In this document: one piece after another, positions 36,307-46,189 of the stretch
How the letters are laid out: each line of letters opens with the position of its first letter
Numbering within the stretch: position 1 is the first letter of the stretch
Assembly: GCA_943354605.1 (NCBI GenBank)
Contig: CALRCK010000002.1
Location: 135,186 to 199,185, forward strand
Length of the DNA stretch: 64,000 bases
Direction of reading: 5' to 3'
From: Candidatus Uhrbacteria bacterium
Lineage (GTDB): Bacteria; Patescibacteriota; Patescibacteriia; UBA9934
Position numbers and translations under genes: made by a program
Notes under the pieces: generated by a model
The model's database searches: none
The model's input: only the letters and a program-made list of their open reading frames with translations
Told to the model about the DNA's origin: nothing

Positions 36307-38623
36307 TTGATGCTACAACAAAATTCACCAACTTCCCCTTCACCACAATCGTCTTTTTCGGTTCGTCGATGACGTACTTCGCCACATTCTCGTCAGCACG
36401 CGCCATCCTCACAATCGTCTCTTCAGCTTCATCAGCCGCAATCACGATCGTCCCACGCAACTTTCCGTTCACCTGCACCGCGATTTCAATAGTGTCGTCC
36501 TTCAGCATCAACGGATCAGCGACCGGCCATTCCTGTTCTTCCACGAATCCTGTTCCGCCAAGCTGCTCCCACATTTCGTTTGCGACGTGTGGCGCGAATG
36601 GAACAAGTACACGCAAGAACGTTTTCAACGATTCCTTGGTAATCGCACCCTTTTCCTGCACCACATTCACAAACATCATAAGTTGCGCAACGGCGGTATT
36701 GAATCCAAATCCCTCAATGTCACCCGAAACTTTCGCGATCGTCTTGTGCAACATCTTCGTCACCTCAGCGTCTTCAGCGTCGGCAACCTTCTCGCTCATG
36801 CGAATCGCCTTGTCCAAGAATCGTCGCACGCCGATCACACCATTTGTATTCCATGGTACAGGCTCCTCAAACGGGCCCATAAACATTTCATACACCCGAA
36901 GCGTGTCAGCACCGTGCTCGTTCACAATTTCGTCAGGATTCACCACATTCCCCTTCGATTTCGACATCTTCGTTCCGTCCTCGGCCATAATGAGGCCATG
37001 GCTATGACGACGTGCATATGGCTCACTTGTTGGAACGTACCCGCGATCGAACAAAAACTTATTCCAGAAACGTGAATACAATAAATGGAGAGTGGTGTGC
37101 TCCATGCCGCCGTTGTAGATATCGATCGGCATCCACTGCTTTAATGCCTCTTTTGACGCGAATTCCTTGTCGTTGTGCGGATCGGTGTATCGGAGGAAAT
37201 ACCAACTCGATCCCGCCCAGTTTGGCATCGTGTCCGTTTCGCGTTTCGCTGGCCCGCCACACTGAGGACATTTCGTGTTCACGAAGCTCTCAATATTCGC
37301 CAGTGGCGATTCACCATTCTCCGTTGGCTGATAATTCTCAACAGTTGGTAAAATAACTGGAAGCTCTTCCGTTGGCACCGCAACCCAACCGTCCTTCTCG
37401 CAGTGCACCAACGGAATCGGCTCCCCCCAATAGCGCTGTCGGGAGAAGACCCAATCGCGAAGTTTATATTGCACTTTCTTTCGACCACCGGCCTTCTCAA
37501 CGGCCTCATCAAACGAAACGAGAGGTCGATCAACGCTTGGCAAGTTCATCACCTCAGCAAATGCACGATCGCGCTCATCGTGTTGCGGCACTGCCATAAC
37601 CGCGCCAGTTCCGTAGTGACCGAGGACATAATCCGCAATCCACAATGGAACCTTCTCGTTGTTCACTGGATTGATGACGAACGCGCCGGTGAATACTCCT
37701 GTCTTCTCTTTCGTTTCGTCGCCACGCTCAATATCGGTTTTCGATTTCACCGATGCGATGTATGCGTCAACCGCACTTCGCTGTTCCGTTGAAACAATCG
37801 ACGCAACCAGCGGATGTTCCGGCGCAAGCACAACGTATGTCACACCAAAAATCGTATCGGGGCGCGTTGTAAAAACAGTAATAATTCCCGACGGAGATTC
37901 TTCGCTTTGCTCAGAATGACTAATCCGGAAATCAATCTCCGCGCCTTCGCTGCGCCCAATCCATTCTTCCTGCTGTTTCTTGATTTTCGGTAAATAGTTC
38001 ACGCTGTCGAGATCGGAGAGCAAGCGGTCTGCGTATTTGGTAATCGCGATCATCCACTGCGACTTCATCTTCTTTTCCACCGTCGTTCCACAGCGCTCGC
38101 ACTTTCCCGCAATCACTTCCTCGTTCGCGAGTCCGCACAAATCTTTTGGACACCAATTGATCGCCATTTCCGCTTTGTATGCGAGTCCGGCCTTAAAGAA
38201 TTCCAAAAACATCCACTGCGTCCATTTGTAGTACGCAGGATCTGTCGTGTTCACCTCGCGGCTCCAGTCAAAACTAAAGCCCATGGACTGGAGTTGGCGA
38301 CGAAACGTATCAATGTTTGTCTGCGTAAAGGTTCCGGGATGATTTCCGGTTTTGATCGCGTAGTTTTCTGCTGGCAAACCGAATGCATCCCAACCCATTG
38401 GGAACAACACGTTCTTGCCCTCCATACGGCGCTTTCGCGCAAGAATGTCCATCGCGGTGTAGCTTCGTGGGTGACCAACGTGAAGCCCGGCACCCGATGG
38501 ATACGGGAATTCCACGAGCAAATAGCACTTTTCCTTCGGCGAATCATTCTTTGCTTCAAAAACACCCTCGTCTATCCACCGCTTCTGCCACTTTCCATCG
38601 ATACTCTTGTGGTCGTACGACAT
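36299..38623 (-). CDS. leuS: Leucine--tRNA ligase
   Basis: FPYPSGAGLHVGH, FTTRPDT, GTGAVMAVP and KMSKS motifs. Confidence 0.98.
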   Translation of the reverse strand: MSYDHKSIDGKWQKRWIDEGVFEAKNDSPKEKCYLLVEFPYPSGAGLHVGHPRSYTAMDILARKRRMEGKNVLFPMGWDAFGLPAENYAIKTGNHPGTFTQTNIDTFRRQLQSMGFSFDWSREVNTTDPAYYKWTQWMFLEFFKAGLAYKAEMAINWCPKDLCGLANEEVIAGKCERCGTTVEKKMKSQWMIAITKYADRLLSDLDSVNYLPKIKKQQEEWIGRSEGAEIDFRISHSEQSEESPSGIITVFTTRPDTIFGVTYVVLAPEHPLVASIVSTEQRSAVDAYIASVKSKTDIERGDETKEKTGVFTGAFVINPVNNEKVPLWIADYVLGHYGTGAVMAVPQHDERDRAFAEVMNLPSVDRPLVSFDEAVEKAGGRKKVQYKLRDWVFSRQRYWGEPIPLVHCEKDGWVAVPTEELPVILPTVENYQPTENGESPLANIESFVNTKCPQCGGPAKRETDTMPNWAGSSWYFLRYTDPHNDKEFASKEALKQWMPIDIYNGGMEHTTLHLLYSRFWNKFLFDRGYVPTSEPYARRHSHGLIMAEDGTKMSKSKGNVVNPDEIVNEHGADTLRVYEMFMGPFEEPVPWNTNGVIGVRRFLDKAIRMSEKVADAEDAEVTKMLHKTIAKVSGDIEGFGFNTAVAQLMMFVNVVQEKGAITKESLKTFLRVLVPFAPHVANEMWEQLGGTGFVEEQEWPVADPLMLKDDTIEIAVQVNGKLRGTIVIAADEAEETIVRMARADENVAKYVIDEPKKTIVVKGKLVNFVVASTN

Positions 38624-38683
38624 ATGCCGCACATCGTATCGAATTGTAAGCAATGTGGGAAGAAACATGTACAATGCAGGAAT

Positions 38684-39265
38684 ATGGACGTCGTGAAGTC
38701 ACTCCACAAGCTCCAAACCGCCCTGAACATCATTCTCGTCATCTGGGCAACGGTCATCATCGGGTTCGCATTACCGATCGATCATAAATATCACGGTGGA
38801 TGGATCTTCGGCTTAGCGTGGTTCCCGATTGTGCTTTTCGCAACCATCGAAATTGTGACGACGGCAAGGCTCCCAAAACGATTTTTTCCGGCATTCATCA
38901 CCTTCGTAGTGCCATTCATTTTCATCGGTATCAACGTCTTCCGGGGAACAAACGTCAGTATTGAAAACTTCGTCGTACAAACCGCAATGTTGCAATTCAC
39001 CGCAAGCATGCTTGCATTCGCTCTCCAAGCCGCCGTCTTTCCGTTCGTTTACGGAACCGCACAACACACGAAGAACTTTTTCCAAGAAGAAGCGCTCCCC
39101 CAACTCTTCGGTGCCGCGCTTGGACTGGGAGTGTGTTGGTTTGCGTTCAGCTTCCTTCTCACGTACAGCGTCATTACTCCAGCCGATCTTCCACTGATCA
39201 TCGTCGGAATCCTCCAGGGCGGAATCAATCTCGGACAAACACTTTACAAATCTCGCTACGAATAG
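38684..39265 (+). CDS. Hypothetical polytopic membrane protein
   Basis: About six hydrophobic segments; TACAAT box 8 nt before the ATG. Confidence 0.75.
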   Translation: MDVVKSLHKLQTALNIILVIWATVIIGFALPIDHKYHGGWIFGLAWFPIVLFATIEIVTTARLPKRFFPAFITFVVPFIFIGINVFRGTNVSIENFVVQTAMLQFTASMLAFALQAAVFPFVYGTAQHTKNFFQEEALPQLFGAALGLGVCWFAFSFLLTYSVITPADLPLIIVGILQGGINLGQTLYKSRYE

Positions 39266-39357
39266 AGGTCCAAAAACACGTGTGCCCGCCTGCTCTCATC
39301 GAGCTGGCGGGCACCGTTCGTCCGTGTCAGTCACCGATTCTCGACAGAGTGCCCCGT

Positions 39358-39888
39358 TCAAAATCGACCGGAGAGTCGTCGGATCACCGCAGCGTCGCTC
39401 GACGCACGAATCGTCGAGATAGCGAAACCGATCGCGAAATCGACAACCGCCTCGCTCCGGTGAATCAGCAGGCCGATCTGCTCATGGGTCATCGTGCCCA
39501 CGGAACCGTCAGCAAAGCCGAAGCGCAACCCCAGGTAGTGCCAGGCAGCAGGGTCCGCCACATGCCGACGAAGAAGCGCGAACGCCGCCGCACGAGAAGA
39601 CTCGGTCCACGCCGACCGCAACACGCCCCCGTAGCGCTCGGCCACGAATGCCGGGAAGTGGTCCCAGTAGCCCGCGACGATGTCTTCCGCGATTCCTGCC
39701 GTAGACACCTGGTCGGCAAACATTGCCCACAGCGCATCCGCCGACGGAATCTCCGGAAGAACGTCGGTCCGAGGGCCGAAGATCTCGGTGAGGCAGCGTT
39801 CGAGCGGATCGTCGGGGCGAACAGCGCTCGCAAGAAGAAGGGCGCGAACGCCCTCCACGTAGGGACGGAAATTCGTATCCAGGGCCAT
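39358..39888 (-). CDS. Hypothetical protein, GC-rich orphan
   Basis: ORF MALDTNFRPY... with SD GAGG and a GC-rich 3' hairpin. Confidence 0.6.
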   Translation of the reverse strand: MALDTNFRPYVEGVRALLLASAVRPDDPLERCLTEIFGPRTDVLPEIPSADALWAMFADQVSTAGIAEDIVAGYWDHFPAFVAERYGGVLRSAWTESSRAAAFALLRRHVADPAAWHYLGLRFGFADGSVGTMTHEQIGLLIHRSEAVVDFAIGFAISTIRASSDAAVIRRLSGRF

Positions 39889-39981
39889 TGGGAAAACCTC
39901 GAAACCGCGGGGAAGGAAATGCGGCCCGCTATTATTAGCCGAAATATAGCGTTTTGTCCAAAATCTGCTATGCTCCGCACC

Positions 39982-40911
39982 ATGTCCTTCTCCCTCCCCC
40001 AAGACCTGATTGATCGGCTCGAAGACCAGTTTGGCGCCGCAAAAGCACGCCAAGCCGTCATGGGAATGACGAGCCGCTACGTGACGCTTCGCGTGAACAC
40101 GCTTAAATCCAACGACGCGGAGATTATGGAAATCTTCCGCCAAGAGCTCATTCAGTTCGAACGCGCGAAGAGGTTACCGCATGCGTTCATCGTCAAAAAC
40201 CGAAAGGCGAAGGAACTCCTCAACCACCAGATGTGCCTGAGCGGCCTCGTGTATTTGCAGGGCCTCACATCGATGCTGCCACCGATCGTCCTCGATCCAA
40301 AACCAAACGAATCGATTGCGGATTTTTGCGCAGCGCCGGGGAGTAAAACGAGTCAGATGGCGGCGATGATGGAAGGGAATAGGCAGTTGGAAGTAGGCAG
40401 TAGGCCGAACATTTCCGCGTTTGAACCAAACTTTGTTCGCTATCAAAAACTCCACAACACGCTGAAGATCCAGGGGGCTGAATTCGTCAAAACGCAACAA
40501 ATCGACTCCACAAAACTTGGCGCAATGATGCCGGAAGCGTTCGATAAAATCCTCCTCGACGTTCCCTGCTCTGCCGAAGGACGTATCGATGCGGACGACG
40601 ATCGTTCTTTCGAGACGTGGGGCGACGCAACACACCAAGCGTACCCCGAGCTTCAACGCCGACTCTTTTCCTCGGCCGTTGCAGCGCTCAAACCCGGCGG
40701 CACACTTGTGTATTCCACCTGTACCCTCGACCCGAACGAAAACGAACGCATGATCAACTGGGCGCTCAGCGAGTTTCCCAATCTCACCGCCGAGTCGATC
40801 AATCTCCCATTCCCCGGCATCGTCCACAAAAGTACAAAATCCACCACCCTTTTGCCAACCAAACTGTACGAGGGATTTTTCGTGGCGAAGATGATGAAAA
40901 CGAACCGATAA
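39982..40911 (+). CDS. RsmB/RsmF (NOL1/NOP2) RNA m5C methyltransferase
   Basis: LRVNTLK, DFCAAPGSKT, DKILLDVPCS, LVYSTCT..ENE and GFFVA motifs. Confidence 0.93.
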   Translation: MSFSLPQDLIDRLEDQFGAAKARQAVMGMTSRYVTLRVNTLKSNDAEIMEIFRQELIQFERAKRLPHAFIVKNRKAKELLNHQMCLSGLVYLQGLTSMLPPIVLDPKPNESIADFCAAPGSKTSQMAAMMEGNRQLEVGSRPNISAFEPNFVRYQKLHNTLKIQGAEFVKTQQIDSTKLGAMMPEAFDKILLDVPCSAEGRIDADDDRSFETWGDATHQAYPELQRRLFSSAVAALKPGGTLVYSTCTLDPNENERMINWALSEFPNLTAESINLPFPGIVHKSTKSTTLLPTKLYEGFFVAKMMKTNR

Positions 40912-40939
40912 GCTACAGTACACATGCCCAGGAGTTCCC

Positions 40940-41446
40940 GTGACCATGCTCTTCGTTCCGATCGCGCCAACCACTCAGATCGCGCTCAATACCGATCGAG
41001 AAACCGTTACGATCGTTCACATCTTCCCGCTCAGCTTGGACGTCGCCAATGTCGTATCGAGCTTCGCAAACAAGGCCCAGGGTCTTGTGATCACTCGCGT
41101 CACTCTTCCGACGGTGGATCTCCTCGCGCTCGCGTCGCTCATCAACGAACACGTTCCTCGATCGGAACGCTACGGTCCGCGAGGGCCGTTCCAGCAAACG
41201 GGCGTGACGATGGACATCGACCTCCTCAAGTGTACCCTCGGCCTGATGCGGGGCCTCACCGCAGATGAACGCCATGGCACAGACGAGGTCCGAACGTTCA
41301 CCCACGCTGTCAGAGAAGACTGTCAGATCGTTGCCTTCGTAGTGACGTTCGCACGAGCGCACGACATCGCGGTCACGATCGACATGGTGGCGCCAAAGAT
41401 CCTTCAGACTCTCGCCGAACAGCTTCCGGACGTTCAGCCGGGCTAG
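40940..41446 (+). CDS. Hypothetical protein, GC-rich orphan
   Basis: SD AGGAG; GC-rich 3' hairpin. Confidence 0.65.
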   Translation: MTMLFVPIAPTTQIALNTDRETVTIVHIFPLSLDVANVVSSFANKAQGLVITRVTLPTVDLLALASLINEHVPRSERYGPRGPFQQTGVTMDIDLLKCTLGLMRGLTADERHGTDEVRTFTHAVREDCQIVAFVVTFARAHDIAVTIDMVAPKILQTLAEQLPDVQPG

Positions 41447-41557
41447 CAGTCCGCGGCCCCTACGCACGCCACAACGAGACGCCGCCGGCCCCTGTGGGCT
41501 GGCGGCGTTCCTGTTTCCGGAGAATCGCGTACACTTGGATTATTACAAATCCAATCT

Positions 41558-42097
41558 ATGGAAACGTATCTTCGTCAAAGCACCGTCGACCCGCTCCGGG
41601 AAGGAAAGTTGCTTGGGATCTTCTACGGTCTTTTTGGCCTTATTTTTGCAAGCATCGTGTTGTGGTTCATCCATCGCGGCGACATTCCCCTCGAATTCGC
41701 CACTCCAATTGATAAAGTTGCCGGCGCGTTTGGACTCATGACATTATGCGTACCGTTTCTTTTTGCAAAAATATGTCTTTCCATTCAACCGGTCATAAAA
41801 ATCACCATCGCCGATGACACGATCTCCTTTGAAAAAACCGATAAAACGATAACAACAATTCCCTGGAACACGATTCTTGATGTATCGAAAACCATATCCA
41901 TGGGACGTTATTCCAGGGGAAACATCGTACAGAATTCAATCCTGGTCGTCTATCGAGACCCACAAGGGAAAAAGTGCAGAATTGGCGGATCTGAACCTGC
42001 GTGGATACAGCAAGAAAATCACCGTGTCGTTACCGGAGAAGCATTACGAGAAACCCTTCGAAAACTCTGGCGAACAAAAATAAGGAAAACACCATAA
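41558..42097 (+). CDS. Hypothetical membrane protein (two TM helices plus a beta-rich C-terminal domain)
   Basis: Two hydrophobic helices; ends 1 nt before the rarA start. Confidence 0.7.
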   Translation: METYLRQSTVDPLREGKLLGIFYGLFGLIFASIVLWFIHRGDIPLEFATPIDKVAGAFGLMTLCVPFLFAKICLSIQPVIKITIADDTISFEKTDKTITTIPWNTILDVSKTISMGRYSRGNIVQNSILVVYRDPQGKKCRIGGSEPAWIQQENHRVVTGEALRETLRKLWRTKIRKTP

Positions 42098-42098
42098 C

Positions 42099-43346
42099 AT
42101 GGACCTTTTCGATTCCATCCTCACCCAACCATCCGCAAACACGCCGCTCGCGGAGCGGATGCGGCCAAAAACGCTCGAGGAATTCGAGGGGCAGCAGGAT
42201 GTGATTGGGCCGGGTTCGCCGCTCTACACGGCGATCGTTTCCGATGACGTTCCGAGTCTGATGCTTTGGGGGCCGCCGGGAACAGGAAAGACGACGCTCG
42301 CACACATTGTTGCGACGATGACGAAGGCACGATTTGTTCCCTTCTCTGCCGTTGGCGGAAGCGTCAAAGATGTCCGAACCATCATCGACCAGGCGGAAAC
42401 CGATCGAAAATATTACAAACGGAAAACAATCCTTTTTGTTGACGAGATTCATCGGTTTAACAAAGCGCAACAAGACGCGTTTTTGCCGTCGGTAGAAAAC
42501 GGAACGATTATTCTCATTGGTGCAACCACTGAGAACCCATCCTTCGCCGTGAACGGCGCGCTGCTTTCGCGTTCTCGCGTCATCGTCCTCAAACAACTGG
42601 AGCCGGAATCGATCATAAAGATTCTCAAACGCGCGATCACCGACAAAGAACTCGGCCTCGGCACAGAAAACATCGTGATCGACGAGGACGCGATCGGCAT
42701 GCTTGCGAATTTTGCGAACGGCGATGCACGATCGGCGCTCAACACACTCGATCTTGCGGTGAAGACATCAAGGGGCGCACCAATCACCACCGATCTCATT
42801 AAAACCGCGCTCACAAAAAGCCATTTGCATTACGACAAAGACGGCGAAGAGCATTACAACATCATCTCCGCGCTCCACAAATCCATGCGGGGGAACAATG
42901 CGAACGCGGCACTGTATTGGATGGGACGAATGCTGCTTTCCGGGGAAGATCCTCGATACGTCACGCGTCGACTCATTCGGTTCGCGAGCGAAGACATCGG
43001 ACTTGCCGATCCGAATGCGCTGGTTCAGGCCATTGCCGCACACGATGCCGCACAAATGATCGGCATGCCGGAATGCTCGGTTAATATTGCGCAATGTGTG
43101 GCGTACTTATCGAAAGCGCCAAAATCGAATGCGCTTTACACCGCGTGGCAGTCCATTTCCGACGACATCCAAAACCTTCCGAACGAACCGGTTCCAATTC
43201 ACCTTCGGAATGCTCCAACCAAACTCATGAAGGATCTCGGCTACGGCAAAAACTACAAATACACGCCAAATTTCAAAAACGCAGAGGATGCGAGGCAGGA
43301 GTATTTACCAAAGTCGCTCAAGGCAAAAAAGTATTTTTTAGACTAA
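42099..43346 (+). CDS. rarA: Replication-associated recombination protein A
   Basis: PLAERMRP, WGPPGTGKTT, DEIHRFNKAQQD, ISALHKS and SEDIGLADP motifs. Confidence 0.97.
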   Translation: MDLFDSILTQPSANTPLAERMRPKTLEEFEGQQDVIGPGSPLYTAIVSDDVPSLMLWGPPGTGKTTLAHIVATMTKARFVPFSAVGGSVKDVRTIIDQAETDRKYYKRKTILFVDEIHRFNKAQQDAFLPSVENGTIILIGATTENPSFAVNGALLSRSRVIVLKQLEPESIIKILKRAITDKELGLGTENIVIDEDAIGMLANFANGDARSALNTLDLAVKTSRGAPITTDLIKTALTKSHLHYDKDGEEHYNIISALHKSMRGNNANAALYWMGRMLLSGEDPRYVTRRLIRFASEDIGLADPNALVQAIAAHDAAQMIGMPECSVNIAQCVAYLSKAPKSNALYTAWQSISDDIQNLPNEPVPIHLRNAPTKLMKDLGYGKNYKYTPNFKNAEDARQEYLPKSLKAKKYFLD

Positions 43347-43371
43347 CTAAGTTAGTCCCAAACTTAGTTTA
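43341..43371. repeat. Family F 16-bp-period array, copy 5
   Basis: Cores at 43347 and 43363; overlaps the stop codons of both convergent genes. Confidence 0.8.
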
Positions 43372-45139
43372 ATTTCTGTTTTTCCCAAAGCTCGAAGAAC
43401 CGACCGCGTTTGTTGTACAGATCGGTAAATGATCCCGATTCGATGATGCGGCCACCTTCAAGCACAAGAATGCGATCCATTTCCTTAATTGTCGTGAGTC
43501 GATGAGCAATAACAAGAGCGGTGACATTCTTAAAGAAGACATGAAGTGAATCCTGGATCTTTTCTTCGGATTCTACATCGAGATGCGACGTTGCTTCGTC
43601 GAGGAACAGCACGTCCGGCTCTTTGAACACGGCTCGAGCGATTCCGACGCGCTGGCGCTCACCACCAGAAAGCTTTACCCCCTTCTCACCAATCGCAGTC
43701 TCGACACCATAGGGTAATCGATAGAGGAACGAGGTGACGTGCGCGATGTTTAACGCCTTCTCGAGCGCTGCGTCGTCGTTCTTCTTTGGATTTGCGAGAA
43801 GAATATTCTCACGCAGTGAAAGGTTGAACACTTCGGTTTCCTGCAACACGACCGTCGCCTTTTGGTAATACGAGCTCTTCTTAATCGATCGCAAAGGCAC
43901 GTCATCTACGAGAATCTCACCAGTGTAATTTTCGTTTTCTTTCAGCAACAACTTAAACAGCGTCGATTTCCCTGCGCCAGATAATCCAACGAGCCCAAGA
44001 CGCTCGCCGCGATGCAGATCAAACGAAATATTGTGCAGTACCTCATCTCCGCCGTAGGAAAACGAAAGATTCCGCACGGAAATTATTTTCCAATCTTTGG
44101 GAAAATTCCGCGTTGCGTCGCGACCATCGAGGAACGATTCAATACTCAACAATTCTTGCATGCGCGCAACAGCAAGCTTTTGCATAATAAAGTCCTGAAC
44201 GGTGTCTGAAAAACTTGATGCACAGTCAATAACACGCCCAAAATAAAAGTTGAAGATAATGAGGAAACCTACGCCATACGTACCGCGGAGAATTCCAAGC
44301 GCAATCACAAGAACCACAACCATGCGGAAGGTAATAGAGTACGCGCTCAGCACAACAGCCTGACTCTGAAAACGATAAATCCGCTCTTGTACACGGTTAA
44401 AAACATCGTTCGCGGCTCCCTGAACGCGGCCCATCAATCCAGCGCTCATATTCAACACCTTGACGGTACGAATGTTATTCACCCCCTCAAACATCACACC
44501 ATTGAGCTCTTCTTCCTTCGCATTGACCTGCTGCGCAGCAATGCGCGCCTTCTTGATTAATTTTTGATTGATTGCAATGTACGACAACAAAAATATTGCT
44601 GTCACAGCGGCGATAAATCGATCGGTGATACCAATCATCACCACGGTTCCAATAAAAATGACGATCATCTCAATGGTGCCATTAATCCAAATCCGCATGA
44701 GTCGATCGATGGCGTCACCACCACGATCGAGACGCTTCAATTTATTCCCCGCATTTTCACGCTCGTGCCACGCCATGTCGAGCGCAAAAAGCTTTGTCAT
44801 CGACGCATTCTTTGCATCCAACGCAGCACGCTCTCCAGCTCCAAAACCATACTTTCGTGCAAAATACTGACCGAATATTTTGAGAATCATTGACACCACC
44901 CAACCCGCAAACAACCACCAAAGCATCGTCAATGGCTCCCCCGCCTTCCACGACACGCAAAAGGTGAGAATCGTCGCAAGAACCCATGCGGGATACAACC
45001 ACGCAACATCTGAGATAAAACGTGATGCTGTTCCAAGAATCACTTTACCTTTATACGGCGAAAGAAAATGCCACACATCTCGAAAGAGCTGTGTGGTGGT
45101 GTAGTTTTTCTCGAAGACCTGTTCTTTTGTATCGGTCAT
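43364..45139 (-). CDS. ABC transporter, fused permease/ATP-binding (exporter type)
   Basis: TM domain followed by GLSGAGKST, LSGGERQR, LDEATS and IAHRL motifs. Confidence 0.93.
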   Translation of the reverse strand: MTDTKEQVFEKNYTTTQLFRDVWHFLSPYKGKVILGTASRFISDVAWLYPAWVLATILTFCVSWKAGEPLTMLWWLFAGWVVSMILKIFGQYFARKYGFGAGERAALDAKNASMTKLFALDMAWHERENAGNKLKRLDRGGDAIDRLMRIWINGTIEMIVIFIGTVVMIGITDRFIAAVTAIFLLSYIAINQKLIKKARIAAQQVNAKEEELNGVMFEGVNNIRTVKVLNMSAGLMGRVQGAANDVFNRVQERIYRFQSQAVVLSAYSITFRMVVVLVIALGILRGTYGVGFLIIFNFYFGRVIDCASSFSDTVQDFIMQKLAVARMQELLSIESFLDGRDATRNFPKDWKIISVRNLSFSYGGDEVLHNISFDLHRGERLGLVGLSGAGKSTLFKLLLKENENYTGEILVDDVPLRSIKKSSYYQKATVVLQETEVFNLSLRENILLANPKKNDDAALEKALNIAHVTSFLYRLPYGVETAIGEKGVKLSGGERQRVGIARAVFKEPDVLFLDEATSHLDVESEEKIQDSLHVFFKNVTALVIAHRLTTIKEMDRILVLEGGRIIESGSFTDLYNKRGRFFELWEKQKLN

Positions 45140-45163
45140 AGAAGAAATGATATCAGAAATGAC

Positions 45164-45288
45164 TTTGGCGCTTTTATTCGCGACCAGTTTCGATGAAGAT
45201 CGAGGAAAGCTTCTGAGACGTACTTCTTGGTACGTTGAAGAAGTTTCCGATGATCTGAATCGAAAATGGGCCGAAGAAATGCGCCAAA
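45164..45288 (+). repeat. Structured long-hairpin element, family A, copy 4
   Basis: CTTCT GAG ACGTAC ttcttg GTACGT TGA AGAAG core; outer stem TTTGGCGC/GCGCCAAA. Confidence 0.9.
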
Positions 45289-45289
45289 A

Positions 45290-45545
45290 GGAAAGCCGGC
45301 CGAGCTCTAGATGCAACTGACACCCCTTCGTAAGAGGTCGCCATCTGGTGTTGCAACGAACTCGGCCGGACAGTACCGCGCGTGATGCCATGAGACCGCT
45401 CCCCAGTGGTCTGTACATTCGACGCCGCGCGCGACGTGGTAGCCCATTACTGACTGGGCAAAAAGGACGGGTCCTTCAATCGTCTCGGAACCTGAGGTTG
45501 AAAGGAAGTTCAAAGCCGCAACGAGAGACCCGCTCGTTGAGCCTA
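45290..45545 (-). ncRNA. Candidate structured ncRNA 1 (unknown family)
   Basis: Several stems ending in the long hairpin CCGGCCGAG...TGCAAC...GTTGCA...CTCGGCCGG, followed by CTTTCCTTTT on the minus strand. Confidence 0.5.
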
Positions 45546-45620
45546 TCAAATATCGCCAATCCCCTCAAACCGCAAGCCCCGAGGTTTTCCCCCGGGGCTC
45601 CGTAGCGTTTGTGCTGCCTG

Positions 45621-46160
45621 TCAACGGTCCCGATACTCCGCGAGGAGCACCGCCGCCGCCCCCACAGCGTCTACCATGGTGTATGCCTCGTGAAGGCTCC
45701 CGTAGCCGAAGCCGCGGCGGACGACGTCCTCCAGGAGCACGCGAAGTGCTGCGAACTCCACGCGGTCCACCAGGATGATGGGCCGATCCGCGGGAATCTG
45801 CCCAAGAAGCTTCCGTGAAATCACGTCGAGCACCTCGAACATCGTTCCGATGCCGCCGGGCAGCGCCACGTAGGCGTCGCCCAGGTCGATGAGCATCTTC
45901 TGCCGAAGCGCGAGTTCGTCGAACTCCACGCGTTCCGTGAACGCGTTGTGCCCGGGCGGGTAGCGCTCCGCATTTAGGAGCACGCCGTGCACCTGACCGC
46001 CAGCTTCCATGGCGCCCTCGCACAGCGCACGCATCATGCCAGGGCCACCACCGTTCACGCAGGTGAATCCAGCGCCGGCAAGGATGCCGCCGAAGTGTCG
46101 CGCAGTCCGAAGGTGGAAGGGACTAGAGGGAGAAGATCCGCAGAACACCGTTACACGCAT
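45621..46160 (-). CDS. LOG family protein (nucleoside monophosphate phosphoribohydrolase-like)
   Basis: VTVFCGS, GGGPGMM, RQ..LI and ALPGGIGTMFE motifs. Confidence 0.9.
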   Translation of the reverse strand: MRVTVFCGSSPSSPFHLRTARHFGGILAGAGFTCVNGGGPGMMRALCEGAMEAGGQVHGVLLNAERYPPGHNAFTERVEFDELALRQKMLIDLGDAYVALPGGIGTMFEVLDVISRKLLGQIPADRPIILVDRVEFAALRVLLEDVVRRGFGYGSLHEAYTMVDAVGAAAVLLAEYRDR

Positions 46161-46189
46161 GGATCACCGAATGTTGAAGGAACCGAACA

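Noticed and set aside
39133-39981. 592-aa fusion ORF for the RsmB/F methyltransferase
   Set aside because: The N-terminal part overlaps a separate minus-strand gene; a TATGCT box and ATG at 39982 mark the likely start.
45307-45549. 80-aa ORF explaining ncRNA candidate 1 (and 46151-46531 for candidate 2)
   Set aside because: Non-ATG starts, no RBS and no protein-like features; the extensive base pairing fits an RNA better, although coding cannot be fully excluded.
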